A stretch of 64,000 bases of DNA from an uncultured Bacilli bacterium (lineage in GTDB: Bacteria; Bacillota_I; Bacilli_A; RF39; UBA660): assembly GCA_947585665.1 (NCBI GenBank), contig CANPXE010000007.1:20438-84437 (forward strand). The letters are read 5' to 3'. Position numbers and translations under genes: made by a program. The notes under the pieces were generated by a model. The model was given only the letters and a program-made list of their open reading frames with translations, was not told the origin of the DNA and made no database searches. Positions 1 to 10,150 of the stretch are shown here, one piece after another. Within the stretch, counting starts at the first letter, position 1, and every line of letters begins with the position of its first letter.

Positions 1-656
1 TTTGAATGATATGGTTCTTCTATTTTTTTACCACCAATAATTGCTATATTTTCTTCGACCCATTTAAAGTCATTTTCATCAGCATATTGTGTCAAGATTT
101 CAGCATAGAGATGAAGGTAAGTGCCGAATGTTCTATTCTCTTCTTCTAAATAAATAGTATATTCTTCAATGTCATCGTGCATACTTAATGTAATATTAAT
201 ATCTTTAACTTTACCCTCTTCATTGGCTACTGTGTAATAATTTACTTTCTCATTAGCATACTTATCAAGATTTAAAATATTGAATCCTAGCATCTCTTCA
301 ACTTCTTTAAAAGTGATATCAATTCCGTCATTGTATGATGAGTCAAAGAGTTCACGTTGTTTTATATCGTCTGGAACAATTTTGTTTCCCCATTTACTTT
401 TAGAATCAACTACTGTTCCTTCTTCATTACCAAGACCAATTTTTAATGACCAATCTTTAATTAAACTTTTAATTTCTTTAGCGTAGACAAAAGATAGAGA
501 AAAACCAGTTATAAGAACAGCTATAATAGCAAGATAAGCCAATTTAAACTTTCTTTTTTTAACTTCTTTATTAACAGTCATATTTAATATATTCCTTTCT
601 AAATTATTAGAAACATTGATTTTTTTAAAAGCATTTATAAAATTTTTATCCTTCAT
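1..656 (-). CDS. Single-pass membrane protein, putative anti-sigma factor (C-terminus runs off the window start)
   Basis: Hand translation of the minus strand from ATG at 656 (MKDKNFINAFKKINV...KRKFKLAYLAIIAVLITGFSLSFVYA...) stays open to position 1. The ATG overlaps the end of the upstream sigma gene (tATGAAGGATAA). One hydrophobic helix lies at about aa 39-58. It is absent from the ORF track because it is truncated. Confidence 0.55.
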   Translation of the reverse strand, partial: MKDKNFINAFKKINVSNNLERNILNMTVNKEVKKRKFKLAYLAIIAVLITGFSLSFVYAKEIKSLIKDWSLKIGLGNEEGTVVDSKSKWGNKIVPDDIKQRELFDSSYNDGIDITFKEVEEMLGFNILNLDKYANEKVNYYTVANEEGKVKDINITLSMHDDIEEYTIYLEEENRTFGTYLHLYAEILTQYADENDFKWVEENIAIIGGKKIEEPYHS

Positions 657-1128
657 AGTTATATGCCTCCTTTAAAATTTCTTTCAATTGTTTCCTAGCA
701 CGAAGTAGTCTAACTTGAATATTTGATTCCGATATTTTTAATATCGATGATATTTCTTTTACTTTATATCCTTCATAATAATATAGATATAAGACAATAC
801 GATATTTTTTCGGTAACTTAAAAACAGCATCTAATATTTCATTATGATCAACTTTCTCACCAATATTTTCTTCGCGATCTGTTAAAGCTGTTATTTTCTT
901 TTTCCAACTTGATAAAATAAGATTTTTACATTCATTGATGGCTACTCTAATTAGCCATTTTTTAATTTCTTTATCACTTTTTTCTAATAATTCATTATTT
1001 TTATATAGTTTAATAAATGTGTTTTGAACAACGTCATCACTATCAGAAATGTTTTTAGTATAACTATAAGATAGACGATAAATATCGTTTTTATATAAAT
1101 TGAATATTCTTATAAATTCATCATCCAT
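646..1128 (-). CDS. Sigma-70 family (ECF-type, 160 aa) RNA polymerase sigma factor
   Basis: Size and layout fit an ECF sigma factor. Region 2-like DVVQNTFIKLYKN and region 4 HTH-like YYEGYKVKEISSILKISESNIQVRLLRARKQL are present. RBS GGAGG lies upstream. Confidence 0.85.
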   Translation of the reverse strand: MDDEFIRIFNLYKNDIYRLSYSYTKNISDSDDVVQNTFIKLYKNNELLEKSDKEIKKWLIRVAINECKNLILSSWKKKITALTDREENIGEKVDHNEILDAVFKLPKKYRIVLYLYYYEGYKVKEISSILKISESNIQVRLLRARKQLKEILKEAYNYEG

Positions 1129-1280
1129 AAACTACCTCCATGTATTTGAAAGCTTTCACTATAATAACAATTTAAAAAAGAAAAATATTACAAAATATTA
1201 AAAAAAATTTTATATACATCATTATATATTTTAATAAATTTGAAAAAAATAATTATTTTAAATTTTATATAAAAAATTTA

Positions 1281-1309
1281 TTGTCAAACATTTGTTTTAG
1301 TTATATAAT
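1281..1309 (+). promoter_or_regulatory. Candidate sigma-A promoter of dinD (TTGTCA-17 nt-TATAAT) with a Cheo-box-like element in the spacer
   Basis: TTGTCA at 1281-1286 and TATAAT at 1304-1309 with an exact 17-nt spacer. The spacer contains CAAACATTTGTTTT (1286-1299), matching about 10/14 of the Firmicute LexA consensus CGAACATATGTTCG. Confidence 0.45.
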
Positions 1310-1316
1310 GTTGATA

Positions 1317-1333
1317 GTTCACTAATAGTGAAC
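1317..1333. promoter_or_regulatory. Perfect 17-bp palindrome (GTTCACTA-A-TAGTGAAC), operator-like, just downstream of the dinD -10
   Basis: Read directly: gttcactaatagtgaac. The 8-bp arms are perfectly complementary and start 8 nt after the TATAAT. Confidence 0.4.
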
Positions 1334-1370
1334 AAGGGTTATTAATTAATGGATAGTGGGAGGTAGAGGT

Positions 1371-2198
1371 ATGAAAAATATAGAATATAATATAAAAACT
1401 TTTGAAAATATAAAACACGTTGATGAAAACGGTAAAGAATTTTGGTATGCACGAGAGTTAATGTTGGCTTTGGAATATACCAAATGGAGTAATTTTAATT
1501 TAATTATTAATAAAGCTAAAAATGCTTGTATAAGTAGTAATTTAATGGTTCTTGATCATTTTGCCGACGTCGGTAAAACGATAAAAATGCCAAAAGGTGC
1601 TAGCAAAATAATTGATGATTATAAGCTAAGTAGGTATGCATGTTATTTGATTGCGCAAAATGGCGATAGTAGAAAAGAGAGTATTGCGCTTGCGCAAACT
1701 TATTTCGCTATCCAAACGCGAAAGCAAGAACTTAATGAAAAAGAATATAGTGAACTTTCTGAAGACGAAAAAAGATTTTATCAAAGAAATTTGACAAGAA
1801 AGGGAAATTATTCCTTAAATCAAGCAGCTAAAAAAGTCGGTGTAAAAAACTTTGATAAATTCCATAATTCTGGTTATAAAGGTTTATACAATGGGGAAAC
1901 TGCTGATGACATTGCTAAGAGAAAGGGATTAAGATACCGTGAAGATATATTAGATAATATGGGAAGTGTAGAACTAGGGGCTAATATATTTAGGATAACG
2001 CAAACAGAATCATTACTAAATAAGCAAGTTGAAAATAGTGAAAAAGTAGCTATAAATACACATTATAAAGTAGGTAAAGCAGTTAGAAAAACAATAAAAG
2101 AACTGGGTGGAACAATGCCCGAAGATTTACCAACACCGGATAAAAGTCTTAAAGAATTAGAAAAAGAACAAAAGAACAATCTTTTGGAAAAGTTATGA
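1371..2198 (+). CDS. dinD: DNA-damage-inducible protein D (DinD/BRO-N-like)
   Basis: FWYARELMLALEYTKWSNF...DYKLSRYACYLIAQNGDSRKESIALAQTYFAIQTRKQE matches the conserved DinD core. ATG at 1371 is preferred over the track's GTG at 1356 because of the GGGAGGTAGAGG RBS. Confidence 0.8.
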   Translation: MKNIEYNIKTFENIKHVDENGKEFWYARELMLALEYTKWSNFNLIINKAKNACISSNLMVLDHFADVGKTIKMPKGASKIIDDYKLSRYACYLIAQNGDSRKESIALAQTYFAIQTRKQELNEKEYSELSEDEKRFYQRNLTRKGNYSLNQAAKKVGVKNFDKFHNSGYKGLYNGETADDIAKRKGLRYREDILDNMGSVELGANIFRITQTESLLNKQVENSEKVAINTHYKVGKAVRKTIKELGGTMPEDLPTPDKSLKELEKEQKNNLLEKL

Positions 2199-2282
2199 TT
2201 AACAGTAATTGGTAATTATGTTTTCTTGTTTTATCGATAAATAAATGATAAAATATGTATGAATTTTTAGGGAGATGGGACT

Positions 2283-4241
2283 ATGTTTAATTTGGTATCA
2301 AAATTTAAGCCTAGTGGTGATCAACCAGAAGCTATTAAAGAGTTGGTTGATGGTATTAAAGCTGGTAAAAAAGAACAAGTTTTATTAGGAGCAACAGGAA
2401 CGGGTAAAACCTTTACTATTGCTAACGTTATTAAAGAGGTCAATAAACCTACTTTAGTACTTGCTCATAATAAGACTCTTGCTGGACAACTATATTCCGA
2501 ATTAAAAGAACTATTTCCTGATAATCGTGTTGAATACTTTGTTTCTTATTACGATTATTATCAACCAGAAGCCTATGTCCCTTCAACTGATACTTATATT
2601 GAAAAAGATTCTTCAATCAATGATGAGATTGATGAACTTCGTCATTCAGCAACAAGTGCTTTAATTTCAAGAGATGATGTCATTGTTGTTGCATCTGTTT
2701 CTTGTATTTATGGTGTTGGTGAAGTTGATGAATATAAAAGTAAGATGCTCACTTTAACTGTTGGTGAAGAGATTAATCGTGATGAAGTTTTAAATAAATT
2801 AGTTGATATGTTATTTGAAAGAAATGATTATGATTTTAAAAGAGGTACTTTTAGAGTTAGAGGTGATGTTTTAGAAATTATTCCTGCCAGTGAGAGAACT
2901 AATGGTTATCGCATTGAATTTTTTGGTGATGAAATAGATCGTATTAGTGAAATTGATACTTTAACTGGTGCTATAAAAGTTAATAAAAAGACCATTTCTT
3001 TATTTCCTGCTAGTCACTTTGTCGTTGGTGAAGAGAAGATGGAAGAAGCCTTAGTGCGCATTAAAGAAGAACTTAATGAAAGAATTGCCTATTTTAAAAA
3101 AGAGAATAAACTAATCGAAGCGCAAAGAATTGAACAACGTACTAATTATGATATGGAAATGCTTCGTGAAACGGGTTTTTGTACAGGAATAGAGAATTAT
3201 TCTCGTCCGATGTCTGGTCGTAAAGAAGGGGAACCCCCAACAACCTTGATTGATTTCTTCCCTAAAGATTTCCTTTTAGTTGTTGATGAATCCCATGTTA
3301 CTCTTCCCCAAGTTAAAGGAATGTATAATGGTGATAGAGCCCGTAAGATGAACCTTGTGGAATATGGTTTCCGTCTTCCTAGTGCTTTGGATAATCGTCC
3401 TCTTCGTTTTGAAGAATTTGAAAAGAAAATTAATCAAGCTATTTATGTTTCCGCAACACCAGGAGATTATGAACTTGAAAAAGTTAACAATCATTATGTT
3501 GAACAGATCATTCGTCCAACTGGTTTACTTGATCCGATTGTTGAAGTGCGTCCAACTGAAGGACAAATTGATGATTTAGTTGGTGAAATAAGAGATCGTA
3601 TTGAAAAGAACGAGCGTGTTTTAATTACGACACTTACTATTCGAATGGCTGAAGAGTTATCCAATTATTTAAAAGAAATTGATATTAAAGTTGCTTATTT
3701 GCATACCGAAGTCAAAACTTTGGAACGTATGCGTATCATTCGTGATTTGCGTCTTGGTAAATATGACTGCGTCGTTGGTATTAATTTACTTCGTGAAGGA
3801 ATTGATATTCCTGAAGTTAGTTTAATCGCTATTTTGGATGCTGATAAAGAAGGTTTCTTGCGTAGTGGTCGCAGTCTTATTCAAACAATGGGACGTTGTG
3901 CTCGTAATAGTAATGGCCGTTGTATAATGTATGCTGATAACATCACTGATTCCATGGATTATGCTATGAAAGAGACAGCTCGACGTCGTAGTATTCAAGA
4001 AGAGTATAATCGTATCCATAACATCACGCCAACAACTATTAATAAAGAAATAAGAGACTTAATTTCTAATGTCGATGAAGATAGTAGTAAAAAGAGCAAA
4101 GGAACTAAGAAAGAAACTAAATTGGAACGCGAAAAGACTATTGAAAGAATTGAACAAGAAATGCGTGAAGCTGCGAAAAACCTCGATTTCGAACGTGCTA
4201 TGGAACTTCGTGATATTTTATTCGAGATGAAAAGTGAGTAG
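2283..4241 (+). CDS. uvrB: Excinuclease ABC subunit B
   Basis: Walker [23 protein letters not shown] box, beta-hairpin region and C-terminal UVR domain ([11 protein letters not shown]). Confidence 0.97.
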   Translation: MFNLVSKFKPSGDQPEAIKELVDGIKAGKKEQVLLGATGTGKTFTIANVIKEVNKPTLVLAHNKTLAGQLYSELKELFPDNRVEYFVSYYDYYQPEAYVPSTDTYIEKDSSINDEIDELRHSATSALISRDDVIVVASVSCIYGVGEVDEYKSKMLTLTVGEEINRDEVLNKLVDMLFERNDYDFKRGTFRVRGDVLEIIPASERTNGYRIEFFGDEIDRISEIDTLTGAIKVNKKTISLFPASHFVVGEEKMEEALVRIKEELNERIAYFKKENKLIEAQRIEQRTNYDMEMLRETGFCTGIENYSRPMSGRKEGEPPTTLIDFFPKDFLLVVDESHVTLPQVKGMYNGDRARKMNLVEYGFRLPSALDNRPLRFEEFEKKINQAIYVSATPGDYELEKVNNHYVEQIIRPTGLLDPIVEVRPTEGQIDDLVGEIRDRIEKNERVLITTLTIRMAEELSNYLKEIDIKVAYLHTEVKTLERMRIIRDLRLGKYDCVVGINLLREGIDIPEVSLIAILDADKEGFLRSGRSLIQTMGRCARNSNGRCIMYADNITDSMDYAMKETARRRSIQEEYNRIHNITPTTINKEIRDLISNVDEDSSKKSKGTKKETKLEREKTIERIEQEMREAAKNLDFERAMELRDILFEMKSE

Positions 4242-4244
4242 AAG

Positions 4245-5084
4245 ATGAAGTTTAAAAAGATATATGTTGAGATAACTAATCGTTGTAATTTAAATTGTTC
4301 TTTTTGTGGTAATACTACTCGTTCAAAAAAAGAAATGAGTTGTCTGGAGTTTTTAGAAGTTATTAAAAAGATAAAGCCATATACTGATTACATTTATTTG
4401 CACGTTAAAGGAGAACCTTTACTTCATTCCGATTTGAAGACAATTCTTGAAATTTGTACTAAAAATAATATTTTGGTTAATATTACAACTAATGGAACAC
4501 TTTTAGAAAAATATGAAGATTTGTTTTTGCACAGTTCTTGTCTTCGCCAAATAAATGTATCTCTTCATTGTGAACAAAATTCTTCTACCTACTTTGAAAA
4601 AGTCTTTACAACTTGTCAAAAATTATCTAAAAAGATCTATATCTCTTATCGCCTTTGGACTTTAAAAAATAACAAATTAGATAAAAAATCCACTACTATT
4701 GTTAATAAAATTAAATCTTTTTATAATTTATCCCCAGATGTTGTTGATAAAATTTATAATAATCGTACAACAACGATAGATATTAACACTTTTGTGGAAA
4801 AAGAAAATTTATTTGTTTGGCCTGACTTAAATCTAGAGGAAGAAAATATTGGTTATTGTCATGCTTTATCTAGCCACATTGCGATATTAGTAGATGGAAG
4901 TATTGTTCCTTGTTGTCTAGATGGTGAAGGGAAAATCATATTAGGTAATATATTTAAAGATAATCTTGAAGAAGTTATTAGTAGTTCCCGTTTTCAAAAT
5001 ATGTTAACTGGTTTTAGAAATAATCAATCAATTGAAGAACTGTGTAAGCATTGCAATTTTAAAAATAGGTTTAATAATCGTTAA
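4245..5084 (+). CDS. Radical SAM enzyme with C-terminal Cys-rich (SPASM/twitch-like) domain, function unknown
   Basis: CX3CX2C at aa 14-21 (CNLNCSFC, nt 4284-4307). GEPLL glycine-rich SAM motif. C-terminal cysteines occur at GYCH...VPCCLDGEG...CKHCNF. The start lies 3 nt after the uvrB stop. Confidence 0.85.
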   Translation: MKFKKIYVEITNRCNLNCSFCGNTTRSKKEMSCLEFLEVIKKIKPYTDYIYLHVKGEPLLHSDLKTILEICTKNNILVNITTNGTLLEKYEDLFLHSSCLRQINVSLHCEQNSSTYFEKVFTTCQKLSKKIYISYRLWTLKNNKLDKKSTTIVNKIKSFYNLSPDVVDKIYNNRTTTIDINTFVEKENLFVWPDLNLEEENIGYCHALSSHIAILVDGSIVPCCLDGEGKIILGNIFKDNLEEVISSSRFQNMLTGFRNNQSIEELCKHCNFKNRFNNR

Positions 5085-5122
5085 TTTAATGATATAATAG
5101 CAAGAAAAAAAGGAGAGGTATT

Positions 5123-5617
5123 ATGTTAGTAGGATATAAAAGCTTCAATAAAGGATTAGTTAATAATTATGGTAAACCTTTTGAAGTGGGTAAAACTTAT
5201 TCAACTACTGGTCCCATTATTGCGGGAAATAATGGTAAAGGTTTTCATATGTGTGAACATATGGAAGATACTTTTCGTTATTTCTATGAAGAAGGTAAAG
5301 GGGATTTTGATGTTTGTCTTGTAAGAGGAAGTGGTTTATCTGATTATAAGTATGATGAATATTATGACTACGAAATGTATGCCTTTCAAACAATGGAAAT
5401 AATAAGACTATTAACGCGTGAAGAAATTGTCAATTATGGTATTGATTTAAGAGATAATCGTTTTAGAAAATATATTTCAACAATTAGACTTAATAGTGAA
5501 GAGATTGAACGTTTTGAAAAAAGATTATTGGAAACGCATCGCTTGATGGAACTTCAACATCTTGACTATTATCAAAAGGGTGAAGAAGATGCCTATGTAA
5601 AGGTAAAAAGGTGGTAA
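5123..5617 (+). CDS. Small hypothetical protein with a phage/prophage-type N-terminal module (DUF7666-like, from memory)
   Basis: [20 protein letters not shown]...[17 protein letters not shown] resembles the common phage module YKGFxxD..CRGFQYExGKxYE...GFHxCExPLDxFxYY. Strong RBS AGGAGAGG. The stop lies 2 nt before the uvrA ATG. Confidence 0.5.
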   Translation: MLVGYKSFNKGLVNNYGKPFEVGKTYSTTGPIIAGNNGKGFHMCEHMEDTFRYFYEEGKGDFDVCLVRGSGLSDYKYDEYYDYEMYAFQTMEIIRLLTREEIVNYGIDLRDNRFRKYISTIRLNSEEIERFEKRLLETHRLMELQHLDYYQKGEEDAYVKVKRW

Positions 5618-5619
5618 CT

Positions 5620-8427
5620 ATGAATGAGATTATTATAAAAGGAGCTCGTGAAAACAATTTAAAAAATGTTAATTTAACTCTTCCTAAAGATAAATTTATT
5701 GTTATGACTGGAGTTAGTGGAAGTGGTAAAAGTAGTCTTGCTTTTGATACTATTTATGCTGAAGGACAAAGACGATATGTTGAGTCTTTAAGTGCTTATG
5801 CAAGACAATTTTTAGGTGGTACTGAAAAACCTGATGTTGATTCTATTGAAGGATTGTCACCAGCTATTAGTATTGATCAAAAGACAACTAGTAAAAATCC
5901 AAGATCAACAGTTGGAACAGTGACAGAAATTTATGATTATTTACGTCTTTTATATGCTCGTATTGGTGTTCCTTATTGTCCTAATCATAATATTCCTATA
6001 TCTAGTCAAAGTGTTGATGAAATAGTTAATCGAGTTTTAGAGTACGAAGAAGGAACGAAGTTAGTCATCATGTCACCAGTTGTTCATGGGGAAAAAGGAA
6101 CCCATAAAGATTTACTCAATAAGTTGCGAAGTGAAGGATATGCACGTGTTCGTGTCAATGGTGAAATTCGTGATTTAGATGATGATATCATTCTAGAAAA
6201 AAATATCAAAGATAGCATCGATGTCGTAATTGACCGTCTTGTTTTAAAAGAGGGAATTAGAAGTCGTCTCTTCGAATCAATTGAAACCGCTACTAAACTA
6301 TCTAATGGTAAAGTTATTGTTGATGTTTTAGGTCAAAAAGAGATTTTGTTTTCAGAGTCTTTTGCTTGTCCTTATTGTGATTTTTCCATTCCGGAATTAG
6401 AACCAAGAATGTTCAGTTTCAATGCTCCTTTTGGGGCTTGTCCTGAATGTAATGGTTTAGGAATTAAATTGAATATTGATGCTGATTTAGTTGTACCTGA
6501 TAGGACAAAATCAATTAATGATGGTTGTATTCTTACATCTAATGATGACCAAGAAAGTATTGATTATAAAAAACTAGAATGTGTTTGCAAACATTATAAA
6601 ATTGATATGAATAAACCTTTTGGTAAATTGACTAAAAAATTACAAGATATTGTTTTATATGGAAGTCCTGATATCATCCAGTTTAAGTATGCGACTAGAA
6701 GTGGTAATCAATACAACCAAAGAGATTACTATGAAGGAGTCATCAATAATCTTCAAAGAAGATATATGGAAACGAATAGTACTTGGATAAGAGACTGGTT
6801 AGAAAACTATATGGTTGAATCAGAGTGTGAAACTTGTCATGGCTCACGTCTTGCGGACTGGGTTTTATCAGTTAAAGTAGGTAATAAAAATATTTATGAA
6901 ATGACTTGTATGAGTATTAAAGATATGCTTATCTTTTTAGATAAATTAAAACTAACAGAGTCGCAAGAACAAATTGCGAAACTATTGTTGGTTGAAATTA
7001 AAAATAGACTTCTATTCTTAAAAAATGTTGGTCTTGAATATTTGACTTTAAATAGAATGGCGGGAACGTTATCTGGTGGTGAGAGTCAAAGAATTCGTCT
7101 TGCAACTCAAATCGGTTCAAGATTAACAGGTGTTTTATATGTTTTAGATGAACCAAGTATTGGCTTACATCAAAGGGACAATGAAAAACTAATTAATACT
7201 TTAAAAGGAATGCGCGACTTAGGAAATACTCTAATCGTTGTTGAACATGATACTGATACAATGCTTGCTTGTGATTATTTAGTTGATATTGGACCGCTTG
7301 CTGGTGAACAAGGTGGTGAAATAGTTGCCTGTGGAACACCGCAAGAAGTCATGAAAAATCCTAATAGTATAACTGGAAAGTATTTGAGTGGTGAATTAAA
7401 AGTTGAAATACCTAAAAAGCGTCGTAAAGGTAATGGTAAGTTCATTGAAGTAAAAGGTGCTAGTGAAAACAATTTAAAGAATATTGATGTTAAATTTCCA
7501 CTTGGAACTTTTACTTGTGTTTGTGGGGTTAGTGGTAGTGGTAAGAGTAGTTTAATCATGTCCATTCTTTCTCGTGCAGCAAGAGATGCCATTTATAAAG
7601 TAAAGGAAAAACCTGGTAAACATAAAAAGATAATTGGCCTTGAAAATATCGATAAAGTTGTTGAAATAACGCAAAATCCAATTGGTAGAACGCCTAGAAG
7701 TAATCCAGCTACTTATACTGGTGTTTTTGACGATATCCGTGATTTATTTACAACGACTAAAGAAGCTAAAATGTATGGTTTTGGAAAGAATCGTTTCTCT
7801 TTCAATGTTAAAGGTGGTCGTTGCGAAGCTTGTCGTGGTGATGGTGTTAAAAAAATTGAAATGCATTTCTTACCTGATGTCTATATTCCTTGTGAAGTAT
7901 GTAAAGGTAGTAGATATAATAGTGAGACTTTAAACATAAAATATAAGGGTAAAAATATCGCTGAAGTTCTTGATATGCGTGTTAGTGAGGCATTAGAATT
8001 CTTTGATGCCATTCCACGCATTAAAAATAAACTTCAAGTTTTGGAAGATGTTGGTCTTGGTTATGTAAAACTTGGACAAAGTGCCACAACTCTTTCTGGT
8101 GGTGAAGCCGCTCGTGTTAAACTTGCTAAAGAACTACAGAAAAAGGCAACTGGTAAAACATTATTCATAATGGATGAACCAACAACTGGTCTACATATTC
8201 ATGACATCAAAAGACTTCTTGCAATTATTCAAAAAATAGTAGATAATAAAGATACAGTTATCGTAATCGAACACAACCTAGATATGATAAAGACTGCTGA
8301 CTATATAATTGACTTGGGACCAGAAGGAGGAGACGCCGGTGGTACTGTGATTGCAACAGGAACGCCAGAAGAAATTATTAAGTGTCCAAATTCTTATACT
8401 GGCCAATTCTTAAAAAAGATAATGTAG
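5620..8427 (+). CDS. uvrA: Excinuclease ABC subunit A
   Basis: Two ABC modules (GVSGSGKSS twice, LSGGE twice), zinc modules CPxC...CPEC and CEAC...CEVC. ATG at 5620 is preceded by AAAGGTGG; the track's GTG at 5611 is likely too early. Confidence 0.97.
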   Translation: MNEIIIKGARENNLKNVNLTLPKDKFIVMTGVSGSGKSSLAFDTIYAEGQRRYVESLSAYARQFLGGTEKPDVDSIEGLSPAISIDQKTTSKNPRSTVGTVTEIYDYLRLLYARIGVPYCPNHNIPISSQSVDEIVNRVLEYEEGTKLVIMSPVVHGEKGTHKDLLNKLRSEGYARVRVNGEIRDLDDDIILEKNIKDSIDVVIDRLVLKEGIRSRLFESIETATKLSNGKVIVDVLGQKEILFSESFACPYCDFSIPELEPRMFSFNAPFGACPECNGLGIKLNIDADLVVPDRTKSINDGCILTSNDDQESIDYKKLECVCKHYKIDMNKPFGKLTKKLQDIVLYGSPDIIQFKYATRSGNQYNQRDYYEGVINNLQRRYMETNSTWIRDWLENYMVESECETCHGSRLADWVLSVKVGNKNIYEMTCMSIKDMLIFLDKLKLTESQEQIAKLLLVEIKNRLLFLKNVGLEYLTLNRMAGTLSGGESQRIRLATQIGSRLTGVLYVLDEPSIGLHQRDNEKLINTLKGMRDLGNTLIVVEHDTDTMLACDYLVDIGPLAGEQGGEIVACGTPQEVMKNPNSITGKYLSGELKVEIPKKRRKGNGKFIEVKGASENNLKNIDVKFPLGTFTCVCGVSGSGKSSLIMSILSRAARDAIYKVKEKPGKHKKIIGLENIDKVVEITQNPIGRTPRSNPATYTGVFDDIRDLFTTTKEAKMYGFGKNRFSFNVKGGRCEACRGDGVKKIEMHFLPDVYIPCEVCKGSRYNSETLNIKYKGKNIAEVLDMRVSEALEFFDAIPRIKNKLQVLEDVGLGYVKLGQSATTLSGGEAARVKLAKELQKKATGKTLFIMDEPTTGLHIHDIKRLLAIIQKIVDNKDTVIVIEHNLDMIKTADYIIDLGPEGGDAGGTVIATGTPEEIIKCPNSYTGQFLKKIM

Positions 8428-8433
8428 GGTGGT

Positions 8434-8868
8434 ATGATGAGTAAAAAGTCAAAGAAAGAAAAATTCAATGGTTATTTAATGCGCATTATAGAAGGACTTC
8501 TATATATGTTTGCCTATACTGGCGTTTTTCTAATTGTTAATTACATCTTTGATACTTTTATAATAGATGAGACACATTTATATTTGTATTCTTTTATTGC
8601 CGTTATATTAATCTATGTATTAAATAAAACAGTAAAACCAATTTTGTTTCATTTGACTTTACCAATTACTGGACTTACTCTTGGATTGTTCTATTTTGTC
8701 AATAATATGATCATTTTAAAAATAGTGGAATTTATAATGAATGATAAAGTAGAATTTACAAGTTTGACGACATTGTTTTTCATATCAATTGTTTTATCAA
8801 TATTTAATCTAATAGTTGAAAATACTATTGTTAAACCAGTTATGAAGAAGGTGAAGAGTTATGAGTAG
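8434..8868 (+). CDS. Four-TM membrane protein, YvlD/'phage holin family IV'-like
   Basis: 144 aa with about 4 hydrophobic helices. Its position upstream of lgt matches the Bacillus yvl-lgt neighbourhood. The assignment rests on layout and context only. Confidence 0.5.
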   Translation: MMSKKSKKEKFNGYLMRIIEGLLYMFAYTGVFLIVNYIFDTFIIDETHLYLYSFIAVILIYVLNKTVKPILFHLTLPITGLTLGLFYFVNNMIILKIVEFIMNDKVEFTSLTTLFFISIVLSIFNLIVENTIVKPVMKKVKSYE

Positions 8869-9694
8869 AGTTGCTTTAGATTTAGGATTTATTCAAATCT
8901 ATTGGTATTCAATAATGATTGCTTTAGGTTTGTTTTTTGGAATAATTGTTATTATACGCGAAGGTAGAAGACAAGAATTAAAGGAAGACTTTTTTATCAA
9001 TTTAATCTTCTATGGAACTATAATTGCGATTGTCTGTGCTAGACTTTATTATGTCATATTTAATTGGTCATATTATAGTAATAACTTTGTTGAGATATTT
9101 GAAATATGGAATGGTGGTCTAGCAATTCATGGTGCTATGATTGGTGGTGGATTGTTTACAATCTTCTACTGTATGAGAGAACATAAGCGTTTCTTAAAAG
9201 TAATTGATATTATTGTTGTTGGCTTAATTCTTGGTCAAGCAATAGGTCGTTGGGGTAACTTCTTCAATCAAGAAGCTTATGGTAGTGTTGTAAGTCTTTC
9301 TTTTTTACAAAGCTTACATTTGCCAGAATTCATTATTAATGGTATGAAAATTGGTGCTAATTACTATCATCCAACTTTCCTTTATGAGTGCTTATGGAAT
9401 TTAATTGGTTTTATAATCTTGGTAATCGTTCGAAGATTTAGATATATTCATACGGGTCAACCAACAGCTATATACATGATGTGGTATGGTGTTGGAAGAT
9501 TCTTAATTGAAGGACTTCGAACTGATAGTCTAATGCTTGGAAGTTTAAGAATGGCCCAAATAGTATCCGTTGTAATGTTCTTAGCAGGTCTTGGACTATT
9601 CCTTTATAAAGCTAGACAATCACGCTTTGATGATCAATATAATGTCACAATTAGTGCAGTTGGAAATTCAATACCAACAAGTGCTCAACAATAA
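8861..9694 (+). CDS. lgt: Prolipoprotein diacylglyceryl transferase
   Basis: IYWYSIMIALG, HGAMIGG, GQAIGRWGNFFNQEAYG and GLRTDSL motifs. An 8-nt overlap with the upstream gene is present. Confidence 0.93.
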   Translation: MSRVALDLGFIQIYWYSIMIALGLFFGIIVIIREGRRQELKEDFFINLIFYGTIIAIVCARLYYVIFNWSYYSNNFVEIFEIWNGGLAIHGAMIGGGLFTIFYCMREHKRFLKVIDIIVVGLILGQAIGRWGNFFNQEAYGSVVSLSFLQSLHLPEFIINGMKIGANYYHPTFLYECLWNLIGFIILVIVRRFRYIHTGQPTAIYMMWYGVGRFLIEGLRTDSLMLGSLRMAQIVSVVMFLAGLGLFLYKARQSRFDDQYNVTISAVGNSIPTSAQQ

Positions 9695-9726
9695 ACATAT
9701 GTAAACAATAAATATTTGTTGACTTC

Positions 9727-9778
9727 AAAACACTTTTATGTTATTTTATAGGTGACACGTAAAAGTGTTTTTATTTTG
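9727..9778 (+). promoter_or_regulatory. 12-bp leader hairpin plus U-tract upstream of secE-nusG (terminator/attenuator-like)
   Basis: AAAACACTTTTA (9727-9738) pairs perfectly with TAAAAGTGTTTT (9760-9771) and is followed by TATTTTGG. It sits between a TTGACT -35-like hexamer (9719) and the secE RBS. Confidence 0.35.
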
Positions 9779-9799
9779 GTAAAATAGGTAGGGGATAAA

Positions 9800-10138
9800 A
9801 TGAAAAAACAAGAAAAAGAAACAACTAAGAAAAAGAACGTAAAAAAAGTAACTAAAAAAGAAGAAAAAAAGGTTGTTGAAAAAGAAGTAGAAATTAAAGA
9901 CAAAAAAGAAAAGAAAGAAAAACCAAAGAAAGAAAAAAAGCAAAGAGTAGGATTCTTTAAATCAATCTTTAACTTTTTCAAAGGTGTTAAAAATGAAATG
10001 TCTAAAGTAGTATGGCCTACAAGAAGAAATATGATTAAATATTCTATTGCAACTATCATATTTATCATTGCTTTTGCACTATATTTTTATGGGATAGAAG
10101 TGCTTATGGCATGGTTGAAAGATAATATTGTCGTATAG
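9800..10138 (+). CDS. secE: Preprotein translocase subunit SecE with a ~50-aa Lys/Glu-rich N-terminal extension
   Basis: The C-terminal 60 aa (FFKGVKNEMSKVVWPTRRNMIKYSIATIIFIIAFALYFYGIE) are canonical SecE. The gene lies immediately upstream of nusG. Confidence 0.85.
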   Translation: MKKQEKETTKKKNVKKVTKKEEKKVVEKEVEIKDKKEKKEKPKKEKKQRVGFFKSIFNFFKGVKNEMSKVVWPTRRNMIKYSIATIIFIIAFALYFYGIEVLMAWLKDNIVV

Positions 10139-10150
10139 GAGAAGTTGATT

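Noticed and set aside
280-486. 68-aa plus-strand ORF at the window start
   Set aside because: It is fully overlapped by the longer, better supported minus-strand frame that is translationally coupled to the sigma factor. It has no RBS.
9800-9960. Highly repetitive AAG/AAA/GAA tract, considered as a possible repeat array or CRISPR-like feature
   Set aside because: It is in-frame Lys/Glu-rich coding low complexity at the SecE N-terminus, with no spacer-repeat periodicity. No CRISPR array is visible anywhere in the window.
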